DNA of 64,000 bases from Flectonema sp. DT1601 (lineage: Eukaryota), in assembly GCA_964019425.1 (NCBI GenBank), contig OZ025804.1:372001-436000 (forward strand). The letters are read 5' to 3'. The first letter of the stretch is position 1. Each line of letters begins with the position of its first letter. Below are positions 9,950 to 21,305 of this stretch, one piece after another. Under the pieces are notes generated by a model, which did no database searches, was not told the origin of the DNA, and worked only from the letters and a program-made list of their open reading frames with translations. The translations under genes were made by a program, and so were the position numbers.

Positions 9950-11181
9950 GCATGTACTGTAAAGGTTGGAAGTTTCTTTGTAGTCCATGCCGTACATCTT
10001 TTGCGGCGGTGGTTGTGTCCCCCAACATAAAAAGTCATCAATATATCTTACTGTTGAAGTATGTGACATCGCAGTTTCCAGAGTTGACTGTTCTATAAAT
10101 TTCTTCTCAACTGCATAACAATACAAGTTAGCTAGAAGCGGGGAGGCATTACCACCCATGGGTATCCCTTTCGTTTGACGGTAGCATTGATGACTACCAA
10201 TCGGTTGGATTAAAGAATTAGTTTACTAATCATTTCGGATGTGTATTCCTTTGTGTTTGCATCAACTCCATCTGTGAAAAAGAAAGTCTTGGACTTTCAA
10301 CGTGCTCTGCTATTTCGTGTAATATGTTTCTTACCGAAAAATCTAAAAGCTTCATCTACTGCTTCTTTGCAATTTCGTTTAAGTACCTTATGCTTCAGGT
10401 TGCTGTACATGGTGGTGAAGTCATAAGTTTTGGGTTCGGCGTATTTTAAAAATTCAGGGTAGTTGGATTTAATCCGTTGTATTACCTCATCTACTGAGTC
10501 GACAATAAAATATTTTCTAACACCAGTCTTAACATATTCCATCCGGTCCTTTGATCTTAGTGTGAGAAGTATTAACTTAATAATTCCAATAAGTTCTTGT
10601 TGAGCGTGTGTCATTACATTGGATCGAAAAACTCTCTCTCTTGTATTGGTCACCTTCTTTGATTCGTCAGTCTCTTTGTCAGGTTCTTTCGTTTCCTCAA
10701 TCAAAGTTTCACAGTTAACAGATGTACCTGCAATCCATCTAAGGCGGATGTCTGGGATCTTATGCAGTTTAAAAATCCCATATAAGCACGGCACTGCGCC
10801 AGTGATTTTTGGAAATTTGAGTTCCTTATTTGTTTTCATTAACCCGTCTGTTAAAACATTTTCTACTTGTTCGTAACTTTCCATTTCATTTTTCAATAGC
10901 TCACAATAATAAGCTTTGCACATTACTGCGCAATCATGTCTTGCTTTATCCACTGGGAGGAATACGACATGTTTTTTTAGGTCCTTTAATTCTCTCATAC
11001 ACTTTGCTAAAGTTGCATCGTTGGGTAAGGGTTTTAATTGTATTTGTGAAGTGAATTCTTCCTTCAGCAATCTATTTAAGACTTCGGCGTTTGCTTCTCT
11101 GTCGCTTTTAGTTGTCCCAATCATGAATCTCGTTACTTTTTCGGTAAATCTATCAGCTGCTTCATGAAGTTCTTGTGTCAT
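9950..11181 (-). pseudogene. Penelope-class reverse transcriptase (frameshifted)
   Basis: DKA at ~10945, TYDF at ~10420, GIPMG at ~10160, YIDD at 10034-10045, split over ORFs 10297..11181 and 9908..10159. Confidence 0.9.
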
Positions 11182-11869
11182 CTCATGTTGTGAACAGTGA
11201 ATACGGTAAAGTATTCATAACTTTAGTACCTCTTTTAGTTGATCACTACATTTCAAAGAAGAACAATGCCCTGCACCATGTATGTTGGTTCTGTTCTAAT
11301 TCAACCGTATTTGTGTTAAATATTTTCGATCCTAAAGTTCTGCTGAGTCCATAGGATGTTTTGGTAGGTAAACCAGAGGGTAGTAACTTCTTATACTTTT
11401 CTTTTATGAATGCTGCATTAAAGTCCATTTTCTTCACACAAGAGTGCAGCATCTTCAGACAAAACCAGTGGCAATCGACCACACGATTCTTTTTTTTCTT
11501 TCTCTTTTAATTTTAAGAGCCTCGTTTGAGTGCTACAATGATTGCTTGCATTTTATTATTTTCTTTCACTTCGTGACTTGCAAATCTTCGGATCCAATGA
11601 AACACTCGTGAAATTCTTGTGAAAGACCAGTCTTTAATAACTTCAACATTAAGTGCTTCAAGATTACATAAATGCTGTAGTTGTTTCCTTAAACCATAGA
11701 ATAGGCGAAACTTTGGGTGACATCAGTGATGATCACCCGACCATTATTTACTTTCGTCCAATTTGAAGGGGGTTCGTTAGTATTCTTTTTCCGTCTTCTT
11801 CTTTTTATCTTTTCCGTCGGGACTTTCGTTCGTATGGATGCTTTTTTGTTATTTTGTACTTTCTTCTTT

Positions 11870-12170
11870 CCCAGTATATTATAATGCGGTTTGAAATGAC
11901 TGATCCAAAACCTCTCTGCTGGGTCAGCCATATTACGGAATAGGAAACTGTTGTTTTTCAAGAAGTCGGGTTCATTAATTACTTCCAGTGTCACTGGGAA
12001 TAATGGATATTTTCTCTTACGTATGAATTTGTATAATGGTTGAGTACATTTCCCCTGTACCAAGCGATTGCTCCAGTGTTGTTTTTCTCGATCTCTTGCA
12101 GTTTTATAAGTTTGACCAACATCACACGGATATGTCCTCTCTCACACAATAAACTATAAATTACACCTTT
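11870..12170 (-). pseudogene. GIY-YIG endonuclease (frameshifted)
   Basis: Manual translation gives KGVIYSLLCERGH / frameshift / VGQTYKTARDREKQH...LYKFI...LEVI...AERFWISHFKPHYN. The first frame stays open upstream to ~12460. Confidence 0.85.
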
Positions 12171-12578
12171 ACAATCTTGAGGCTGTGCTTCAAAAGAGAG
12201 TCCACGTTGTTGGCGTGCTGTCCTTAACTTCTTTGAATAGTTCTGTTCAAACTTTCGTCTTGCTTCTTTTAATAAAACTTCGTACTGATCATCTCTACGT
12301 TGGTTCTTTTCTAGGATCTTCTGGTCTTTAAATGCAACAGTGTGAACAGAACTTTCATCTTTGGCTCTACGAACTACTGATTTGGCAATTCCAAACGGTA
12401 TATGGTCAAGAGCTAAAGATAATTGGGATTTGGGAGGGGGAGTATTTTTGGGATAAATTATAATTTTGTATTAGCGTTATTAATAAAGGAAACTGTTAAC
12501 TCTAAAATGGTTAACTATCTTTTTGGGAAGCTTGACCCTTAAACTGCTTTTTAAAAAATTAAAACGGTAAAATTAAAT

Positions 12579-12671
12579 AACCTATTCAGATTAATGCCAC
12601 TGGGGGTTCTGATAATGTCATCTTCGCTGTTAAGTAAAAAGTGATAATTAAGTTTCGCTTTCAAAGAAGAA
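12579..12671 (-). repeat. ~90-bp box on the 5' side of the retroelement
   Basis: Direct repeat of 8484-8571 with several differences. The variant TTAATGCCACTGGGGG is closest to the copy at 24079. Confidence 0.9.
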
Positions 12672-14230
12672 TCAGTTAAAACAATTGTCGGGTTAAAACG
12701 AATCGGTGAGTGAAATTTACGCAAGAACAACCATACGATCTCTTACAGTTTAGTCGCGGGTTTGGGGGGGGTGTACGGGTCATCCTTTAAAGAAAAATAC
12801 ATCAAAGAAAGAATATGCACACAGCTGCTGTCAGTAGATGCAGTACCGCAAACAGCACTAGAAACTCCCAACATTGCGGCCAGTGCAGTAAGTCTGAGTA
12901 ACTTCATGATTAGCAGGTGGCAATAAACTGTGAAAAAAATATTTTAACAATCCGAGTGACTACAAACTGATAGTTCCTTAGAATTACGACAACAGGAATG
13001 TTTCATCTAAATTATTTATTGTTTCCGTTTCAAGAATCGAAACATAAAATCAAACGATCCGTCGTATGAACATCCTAAATGAAGGGAAGTGGAAATAGAC
13101 CTACACCCTTAGAGTATATATCCTTTGGACAACGTCAGGAAACCCTGTGTCTGGGAACGTAACCAAGAGTTGCATTTTAACTCGCCTGAGTAACCTACGA
13201 AATGTGATGATGAATGGCTTGGAGTATGATGAGATTAAAGAACGTGCAAAAACGTATTTCTTCAAACAGACTTCTTTCTTATGATACACGATTTAGTCTC
13301 AACCTATTGAAGTTGGGGGGTCCTGATAATGTCATCTTCGCTGTTAAGTAAAAAATGATAATTAAGTTTCGCTTCAAAGAAGAAACAGACAAATCAAAAA
13401 CAAACAGCGGCTGACTTTAGCTAAACAACGCAGTGATTGCGGTGACAAGTTCCGTATCAGCGTTACTGAATTTTTCGATCCACCGAACCTGAAGAAATTC
13501 CTAATTATCCGTGGCTTTCACCTCGTTAATGATAGCCATGTGATTGATTGTTGATAATAATAATAATAAAACTGAATACATATGAACTACATCACTATCT
13601 GTTCATCATCGTATGGTGTGAAGTCCCTGGGGAGTTCCTTGTTTTAGTAATTACTTTGAGGGAGTAATAAGATACTTAATCAGGCTCAATGTAACAACAC
13701 TACGGGGAAGCTAAAGTCATACGGCACTGGAGAATCACAGCAGGGAGAGGATCCCAGAAACGTCAATCAAAAAAAGGTTCACAAAAGAGAAGATTTCGGT
13801 AATAAGCTTTCCATCACTGTTTGCACCTGAGAAGGAAATATGATAAGAGAATAAGGCATTAACTAAACAAGCTGAGATCAACACAAAGAAGTATCTACAC
13901 TGTGGATGGGTGCAGATTACTTCCACTCGAGCAGGGAATGTGTCAGGCCCGTTTCGATTCGACCAGACACTGGCGGGGGAAGGATGCGGGTGGGGAATAC
14001 CAAATGGGGTTGGGAGTCTGATAGAATATGACCCAGTCAAGGGAATAAGAACACTGCAATGCGATCAAATATTCAATTCCAACTAACAAACACTTGTTAA
14101 GAGTGTGTGAGCGAACACACATCTTCTTTTCTGAAAACACCAACAAATAAAAGATAAGTTAAATACTTTGAAATAAAACTAAGGGAACAACGCACACACA
14201 CTAAAAACAACACTTATGTGATTTATGTAA

Positions 14231-15403
14231 TTACAAATTCTTTATGCTCGTATGCAGTTCGTCTCTGTTAATGGATGAACAACCTTCTAGGAAATTACTT
14301 CCAACGGATTCCACATTCATGAGGGTTAAATCCAAGGATGTAAGTGATGAACAATCTCTTAGAAAATAGTCTCCGACAGCTGAGACATTGCTGAGACTGG
14401 ATAAGTTAACAGATGTGAGGGATGAACAATCACTTAGAAAGTAGTCTCCGACAGCTGAAACATTGCTGAGACTTGATAAATCTACAGATGTGAGGGATGA
14501 ACAAAAATACAGAAATTTGTTTCCAACAACTGAAACATTGCTGAGACTTGATAAGTTAACAGATGTGAGGGATGAACAATTATATAGAAAACAATCTCCA
14601 ACAGCTGAAATATTGCTGAGACCTGATAAGTCAACAAATGTGAGGGATGAACAATGAAATAGAAAAAAGTTTCCAACAACTGACACATTGTTGAGACTTG
14701 ATAAATCTACAGATGTGAGGGATGAACAATAAAATAGAAAATATTCACCAACAACTGACACATTGCTGAGACTGGATAAGTTAACAGATGTGAGGGATGA
14801 ACAATTACTTAGAAAGTAGTCTCCGACAGCTGACACATTGCTGAGACTTGATAAGTCTACGGATGACAGTGAATTGCAATGTTTGAGGAAATTATTACCA
14901 ACAGATGTGACGTATTGAAGACCAGGAAGGCTGACCTTTATAACCTTACGAGATGAGGATAAGAATTTATCCGAAACGGTCGTGACTGAGGGTTCAGAGT
15001 TGCTGAATGAGATGTTCGTAACATCATCCGAGAACCACTTTCTGTTACTAAACTGAAGACAGCCATCCACAGCGAATGTGGGAGTATCAAGGCAGAAAAA
15101 CCCGTCCTGATCCCGTTCTCCTCTTAGGAATGCCTTCGCTCTCTTTGCAGCATCTGTGAACCATTCCAATCCAAACAAGCGCACCACAGATGCATCCAAC
15201 AGCGAGCCGTCCTCCACTCCGTGCGACACCAGTCGACTACCTGCTCGAAGCAGCGATCCTGCGAATGAAAGCTCAAGAAAGTCAGCATCGGTATCCCACT
15301 CATCAGCTGCAACCTGCAATGCATCCTTCACGAGCGACTCTCCAGAAGCTGTGAAAACAACGTCAGGAAATCCTGTGTCTGGGAACGTAACCGAGAGTTG
15401 CAT
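14231..15403 (-). CDS. UBL + LRR protein, array copy 4 (390 aa, 9 repeats)
   Basis: Intact ORF with the same architecture as copy 2. Confidence 0.9.
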   Translation of the reverse strand: MQLSVTFPDTGFPDVVFTASGESLVKDALQVAADEWDTDADFLELSFAGSLLRAGSRLVSHGVEDGSLLDASVVRLFGLEWFTDAAKRAKAFLRGERDQDGFFCLDTPTFAVDGCLQFSNRKWFSDDVTNISFSNSEPSVTTVSDKFLSSSRKVIKVSLPGLQYVTSVGNNFLKHCNSLSSVDLSSLSNVSAVGDYFLSNCSSLTSVNLSSLSNVSVVGEYFLFYCSSLTSVDLSSLNNVSVVGNFFLFHCSSLTFVDLSGLSNISAVGDCFLYNCSSLTSVNLSSLSNVSVVGNKFLYFCSSLTSVDLSSLSNVSAVGDYFLSDCSSLTSVNLSSLSNVSAVGDYFLRDCSSLTSLDLTLMNVESVGSNFLEGCSSINRDELHTSIKNL

Positions 15404-15761
15404 TTTAACTCGCCTGAGTAACCTACGAAATGTGATGATGAATGGCTTGGAGTATGATGAGATTAAAGAACGTGCAAAAACATATTTCTTCAAACAGACT
15501 TCTTTCTTATGATAACACGATTTAGTCTCAACCTATTGAAGTTGGGGGTTCTGATAATGTCATCTTCGCTGTTAAGTAAAAAATGATAATTAAGTTTCGC
15601 TTTCAAAGAAGAAACAGACAAATCCAAAACAAACAGTGGCTGACTTTAGCTAAACAAAACAGTGATTGCGGTGACTAGTTTCGCATCGGAAATACTCAAA
15701 TTCATGCATCACATGCCTTGCAGTAGTAAGGCACTGATTAAAGCTGACTTAAAAATGCAGC

Positions 15762-16640
15762 TTACAAAAACACAAAACTGGATTCCAAATCCGTGTTGCT
15801 TTCACTTTCATTGATAGCCTGTCTGATTATGTGATTACTATTTAATTCATAGAATCCTCCCAGCAAGACTTCACTACAACCAGATAAGAAGTAATAACGA
15901 CCATCACTGTAGCAGTTCCCTATTCCTGTAATGTTTTTCAACACTGAAATGTTGAGTGATTCCAAAACAGGACAACAAGAGAGGAAAGCTTCTCCAATAT
16001 TTGTTAATTTCGCAAATGAGGAAATGTCAATCGAAGTTAACCCAGCACATCCAAGTAGGAATCCAGCTCCAATGGTTGTGACATTCTGAAGACAAGACAG
16101 ATTTAGGCTTTTTATTGAGGTACAACCACACAGAAAATAATCCCCCAATGCTTGTACGCTGTCGAAACCCACGAAATTCAATAATTCGATGTTAGAATCT
16201 GATAAAAAGTTTGTGCCAACAGAAGAAATGACAAGATCCGCATTGAAAAACGCTATTCTCTGAACTCCGAGAGGCAACATCTCAGATTGAAAATCAAAGC
16301 ATCCATCCACAGTGAAGGTTGTTGCGTCAACACATAAAATGTTAAAGCTATCAGTGAACATGGTGGATAATTTATCTTTTTTTTCTTTAGTTGTAAACCA
16401 TATCTTACTAAAGAGAGTCATTGTTGATGCCATTAGATGGGAATTTGAATCAATTCCGTGTGAAAGTAAAATACTTTCTTCCGAAAGAACAATGCCAGCA
16501 TAACTTATCTCAAGGATTTCATTTTCTATATCCCACTCATCAGCCACAGCCTCTGATACGTTTCTAACGAGTGTCGATTCAGTCACCATCAACGATATGT
16601 CTGACAACAAAGATGTTGAATGTGATATTGTGACTTGCAT
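15762..16640 (-). CDS. Divergent UBL + LRR paralog
   Basis: MQVTIS..ADEWDI...LEISYAG..L...HGI, CVDATTFTVDGC and GxxFLxGC repeats. Same architecture as the array genes at low identity. Confidence 0.85.
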   Translation of the reverse strand: MQVTISHSTSLLSDISLMVTESTLVRNVSEAVADEWDIENEILEISYAGIVLSEESILLSHGIDSNSHLMASTMTLFSKIWFTTKEKKDKLSTMFTDSFNILCVDATTFTVDGCFDFQSEMLPLGVQRIAFFNADLVISSVGTNFLSDSNIELLNFVGFDSVQALGDYFLCGCTSIKSLNLSCLQNVTTIGAGFLLGCAGLTSIDISSFAKLTNIGEAFLSCCPVLESLNISVLKNITGIGNCYSDGRYYFLSGCSEVLLGGFYELNSNHIIRQAINESESNTDLESSFVFL

Positions 16641-17622
16641 TGTTTCTTTATTCACACCATTACTTGTGAAAAGTTACCCAAATGATCAAAAAGGAATGAG
16701 GAAATTGCTATTAAAATAATTTTTAATAATGAAGTATAGCGAATACCATATGCATGACGTAAACTATACAACTCAGCTAAGCTGTGTAACACCAACACAA
16801 GATGTTCTCCATTACATTAATATTTCAGCTGTACGATTGTATTTAAATATGAGCGTTACTGAATTTTTCGATCCACCGAACCTGAAGAAATTCCTAATTA
16901 TCCGTGGCTTTCACCTCGTTAATGATAGCCATGTGATTGATTGTTGATAATAATAATAATAAAACTGAATACATATGAACTACATCACTATCTGTTCATC
17001 ATCGTATGGTGTGAAGTCCCTGGGGAGTTCCTTGTTTTAGTAATTACTTTGAGGGAGTAATAAGATACTTAATCAGGCTCAATGTAACAACACTACGGGA
17101 AGCTAAAGTCATACGGCACTGGAGAATCACAGCAGGGAGAGGATCCCAGAAACGTCAATCAAAAAAAGGTTCACAAAAGAGAAGATTTCGGTAACAAGCT
17201 TTCCATCACTGTTTGCACCTGAGAAGGAAATATGATAAGAGAATAAGGCATTAACTAAACAAGCTGAGATCAACACAAAGAAGTATCTACACTGTGGATG
17301 GGTGCAGATTACTTCCACTCGAGCAGGGAATGTGTCAGGCCCGTTTCGATTCGACCAGACACTGGTGGGGGAAGGATGCGGGTGGGGAATACCAAATGGG
17401 GTCGGGAGTCTGATAGAATATGACCCAGTCAAGGGAATAAGAACACTGCAATGCAATCAAATATTCAATTCCAACTAACAAACACTTGTTAAGAGTGTGT
17501 GAGCGAACACACATCTTCTTTTCTGAAAACACCAACAAATAAAAGATAAGTTAAATACTTTGAAATAAAACTAAGGGAACAACGCACACACACTAAAAAC
17601 AACACTTATGTGATTTATGTAA

Positions 17623-19170
17623 TTACAAATTCTTTATGCTCGTATGCAGTTCGTCTCTGTTAATGGATGAACAATCTTTTAGGAAATTACTTCCAACGGA
17701 TTCCACATTCATGAGGGTTAAATCCAAGGATGTAAGTGATGAACAATTACTTAGAAAATTGTTTCCAACAACTGAAACATTGCTGAAACTTGATAAGTTA
17801 ACAGATGTGAGGGATGAACAATCACTTAGAAAATAGTCTCTGACAGCTGAAACATTACTGAGACATGATAAATCTACAGATGTGAGGAATGAACAATCAC
17901 TTAGAAAATAGTCTCCGACAGCTGAGACATTGCTGAGACTGGATAAGTTAACAGATGTGAGGGATGAACAATCACTTAGAAAATAGTCTCCGACAGCTGA
18001 GACATTGCTGAGACTGGATAAGTTAACAGATGTGAGGGATGAACAATCACTTAGAAAGTAGTCTCCGACAGCTGAAACATTGCTGAGACTTGATAAATCT
18101 ACAGATGTGAGGGATGAACAATCACTTAGAAAATAGTCTCCGACAGCTGAGACATTGCTGAGACTGGATAAGTTAACAGATGTGAGGGATGAACAATCAC
18201 TTAGAAAAAAGTCTCCGACAGCTGAGACATTGCTGAGACTTGATAAATCTACAGATGTGAGGAATGAACAATCACTTAGAAAATAGTCACCAACAACTGA
18301 AACATTGCTGAGACTTGATAAGTTAACAGATGTGAGGGATGAACAATCACTTAAAAAAAAGTCTCCAACAACTGAAATATTGCTGAGACTAGATAAGTTA
18401 ACAGATGTCAGGGATGAACAATCACTTAAAAAAACGTTTCCGACAGCTGAAATATTGCTGAGACCTGATAAGTCAACAGATGTGAGGGATGAACAATTAC
18501 GTAGAAAACAATCTCCAACAACTGAAACATTGCTGAGACCTGATAAGTCAACAGATGTGAGGGATGAACAATTATATAGAAAACCATCTCCAACAGCTGA
18601 AACATTGCTGAGACTTGATAAGTCTATGGATGACAGTGAATTGCAATATCTGAGGAAATTATTACCAACAGATGTGACGTATTGAAGACCAGGAAGGCTG
18701 ACCTTTATAACCTTACGAGATGAGGATAAGAAATCATCCGAAACGGTCGTGACTGAGGGTTCAGAGTTGCTGAATGAGATGTTTGTAACATCATCCGAGA
18801 ACCACTCACTGTTACTAAACTGAAGACAGCCATCCACAGCGAATGTGGGAGTATCAAGGCAGAAAAACCCGTCCTGATCCCGTTCTCCTCGTAGGAATGC
18901 CTTCGCTCTCTTTGCAGCATCTGTGAACCATTCCAATCCAAACAAGCGCACCACAGATGCATCCAACAGAGAGCCGTCCTCCACTCCGTGCGACACCAGT
19001 CGACTACCTGCTCGAAGCAGCGATCCTGCGAATGAAAGCTCAAGAAAGTCAGCATCGGTATCCCACTCATCAGCTGCAACCTGCAATGCATCCTTCACGA
19101 GCGACTCTCCAGAAGCTGTGAAAACAACGTCAGGAAATCCTGTGTCTGGGAACGTAACCGAGAGTTGCAT
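17623..19170 (-). CDS. UBL + LRR protein, array copy 5 (515 aa, 14 repeats)
   Basis: Intact ORF with a run of near-identical GDYFLSDC repeats. Confidence 0.9.
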   Translation of the reverse strand: MQLSVTFPDTGFPDVVFTASGESLVKDALQVAADEWDTDADFLELSFAGSLLRAGSRLVSHGVEDGSLLDASVVRLFGLEWFTDAAKRAKAFLRGERDQDGFFCLDTPTFAVDGCLQFSNSEWFSDDVTNISFSNSEPSVTTVSDDFLSSSRKVIKVSLPGLQYVTSVGNNFLRYCNSLSSIDLSSLSNVSAVGDGFLYNCSSLTSVDLSGLSNVSVVGDCFLRNCSSLTSVDLSGLSNISAVGNVFLSDCSSLTSVNLSSLSNISVVGDFFLSDCSSLTSVNLSSLSNVSVVGDYFLSDCSFLTSVDLSSLSNVSAVGDFFLSDCSSLTSVNLSSLSNVSAVGDYFLSDCSSLTSVDLSSLSNVSAVGDYFLSDCSSLTSVNLSSLSNVSAVGDYFLSDCSSLTSVNLSSLSNVSAVGDYFLSDCSFLTSVDLSCLSNVSAVRDYFLSDCSSLTSVNLSSFSNVSVVGNNFLSNCSSLTSLDLTLMNVESVGSNFLKDCSSINRDELHTSIKNL

Positions 19171-19982
19171 TTTAACTCGCCTGAGTAACCTACGAAATGT
19201 GATGATGAATGGCTTGGAGTATGATGAGATTAAAGAACGTGCAAAAACATATTTCTTCAAACAGACTTCTTTCTTATGATACACGATTTAGTCTCAACCT
19301 ATTGAAGTTGGGGGTTCTGATAATGTCATCTTCGCTGTTAAGTAAAAAATGATAATTAAGTTTCGCTTTCAAAGAAGAAACAGACAAATCAAAAACAAAC
19401 AGTGGCTGACTTTAGCTAAACAACACAGTGATTGCGGTGACAAGTTCCGCGTTACTCAATTTTTCGATCCACCGAGCACTGGAGAATCACAGCAGGGAGA
19501 GGAATCCAGAAACGTCAATCAAAAAAAGGTTCACAAAAGAGAAGATTTCGGTAATAAGCTTTCCATCACTGTTTGCACCTGAGAAGGAAATATGATAAGA
19601 GAATAATGCATTAACTAAACAAGCTGAGATCAACACAAAGAAGTATCTACACTGTGGATGGGTGCAGATTGCTCCCACTCGAGCAGGGAATGTGTCAGGC
19701 CCGTTTCGATTCGATCGGACACTGGTGGGGGAAGGATGCGGGTGGGGAATACCAAATGGGGTTGGGAGTCTGATAGAATATGACCCAGTCAAGGAAATAA
19801 GAACACTGCAATGCAATCAAATATTCAATTCCAACTAACAAACACTTGTTAAGAGTGTGTGAGCGAACACACATCTTCTTTTCTGAACACACCAACAAAT
19901 AAAAGATAAATTAAATACTTTGAAATAAAACTAAGGGAACAACGCATGCACACTAAAAACAACACTTATGTGATTTATGTAA

Positions 19983-21305
19983 TTACAAATTCTTTATGCT
20001 CGTATGCAGTTCGTCTCTGTTAATGGATGAACAACCTTCTAGGAATTTACTTCCAACGGATTCCACATTCATGAGGGTTAAATCCAAGGAAGTAAGTGAT
20101 GAACAATTAAATAGAAAACAGTCTCCAACAACCGAAATATTGCTGAGACTTGATAAGTTAACAGATGTGAGGGATGAACAATTATTTAGAAAATAGTTTC
20201 CAACAGCTGAAACATTGCTGAGACTTGATAAGTTAACAGATGTGAGGGAGGAACAATTATCCAGAAAATAGTTTCCAACAGCTGAAATATTGCTGAGACT
20301 TGATAAGTTAACAGATGTGAGGGATGAACAATTACAAAGAAAAAAGTCTCCAACAACTGAAACATTGCTGAGACTAGATAAGTTAACAGATGTCAGGGAT
20401 GAACAATCACTTAAAAAAACGTTTCCGACAGCTGAAATATTGCTGAGACCTGATAAGTCAACAGATGTGAGGGATGAACAATTACGTAGAAAACAATCTC
20501 CAACAACTGAAACATTGCTGAGACCTGATAAGTCAACAGATGTCAGGGATGAACAATTATATAGAAAACCATCTCCAACAGCTGAAATATTGCTGAGACC
20601 TGATAAGTCAACAAATGTGAGGGATGAACAATAATATAGAAAATATTTTCCAACAGCTGAAACATTGCTGAGACTTGATAAGTCCAGAAATGTGAGGGAT
20701 GAACAATCACTTAGAAAATAGTCTCCAACAACTGAAACATTGCTGAGACTTGATAAGTCTACAGATGACAGTGAATAGCAATGTTGGAGGAAATTATTAC
20801 CAACAGATGTGACGTATTGAAGACCAGGAAGGCTGACCTTTATAACCTTACGAGATGAGGATAAGAATTCATCCGAAACGGTCGTGACTGAGGGTTCAGA
20901 GTTGCTGAATGAGATGTTCGTAACATCATCTGAGAACCACTCACTGTTACTAAACTGAAGACAGCCATCCACAGCGAATGTGGGAGTATCAAGGCAGAAA
21001 AACCCGTCCTGATCCCGTTCTCCTCGTAGGAATGCCTTCGCTCTCTTTGCATCATCTGTGAACCATTCCAATCCAAACAAGCGCACCACAGATGCATTCA
21101 ACAGCGAGCCGTCCTCCACTCCGTGCGACACCAGTCGACTACCTGCTCGAAGCAGCGATCCTGAGAATGAAAGCTCAAGAAAGTCAGCATCGGTACCCCA
21201 CTCATCAGCTGCAACCTGCAATGCATCCTTCACGAGCGACTCTCCAGAAGCTGTGAAAACAACGTCAGGAAATCCTGTGTCTGGGAACGTAACCGAGAGT
21301 TGCAT
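19983..21305 (-). CDS. UBL + LRR protein, array copy 6 (440 aa, 11 repeats)
   Basis: Intact ORF. Mosaic of copies 5 and 7. Confidence 0.9.
   Translation of the reverse strand: MQLSVTFPDTGFPDVVFTASGESLVKDALQVAADEWGTDADFLELSFSGSLLRAGSRLVSHGVEDGSLLNASVVRLFGLEWFTDDAKRAKAFLRGERDQDGFFCLDTPTFAVDGCLQFSNSEWFSDDVTNISFSNSEPSVTTVSDEFLSSSRKVIKVSLPGLQYVTSVGNNFLQHCYSLSSVDLSSLSNVSVVGDYFLSDCSSLTFLDLSSLSNVSAVGKYFLYYCSSLTFVDLSGLSNISAVGDGFLYNCSSLTSVDLSGLSNVSVVGDCFLRNCSSLTSVDLSGLSNISAVGNVFLSDCSSLTSVNLSSLSNVSVVGDFFLCNCSSLTSVNLSSLSNISAVGNYFLDNCSSLTSVNLSSLSNVSAVGNYFLNNCSSLTSVNLSSLSNISVVGDCFLFNCSSLTSLDLTLMNVESVGSKFLEGCSSINRDELHTSIKNL

Larger units (their letters stand above)
8572..12578 (-). mobile_element. Decayed Penelope-like retroelement, N-terminal GIY-YIG (Naiad/Chlamys-type order), with C-terminal OTU-like domain
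   Basis: Motifs across frameshifted minus-strand ORFs, in order: GVIYSLLC..VGQT..R.KQH..LE..ERFWI..YN (GIY-YIG); SKIFN; VDKARHDCAVMCKAYY; PCLYGIFKLHK.P..RWIAG; TYDFTTMYSNLKH; YRQTKGIPMGGNASPLLANLY; RYIDDFL; S.MP..IPKGIVKGAMYR..IC; AGNCFFES. The segment is absent from the other array units. Confidence 0.9.

Noticed and set aside
12579..12671. Hammerhead ribozyme in the PLE terminal box (GCGAAGA-TGA catta TCA-GAAC on minus) or in the 240-bp unit (CTGAAGA...GAAA)
   Set aside because: Core nucleotides and stems I/III do not fit the CUGANGA/GAAA/UH consensus. A covariance search would be needed to exclude a variant.
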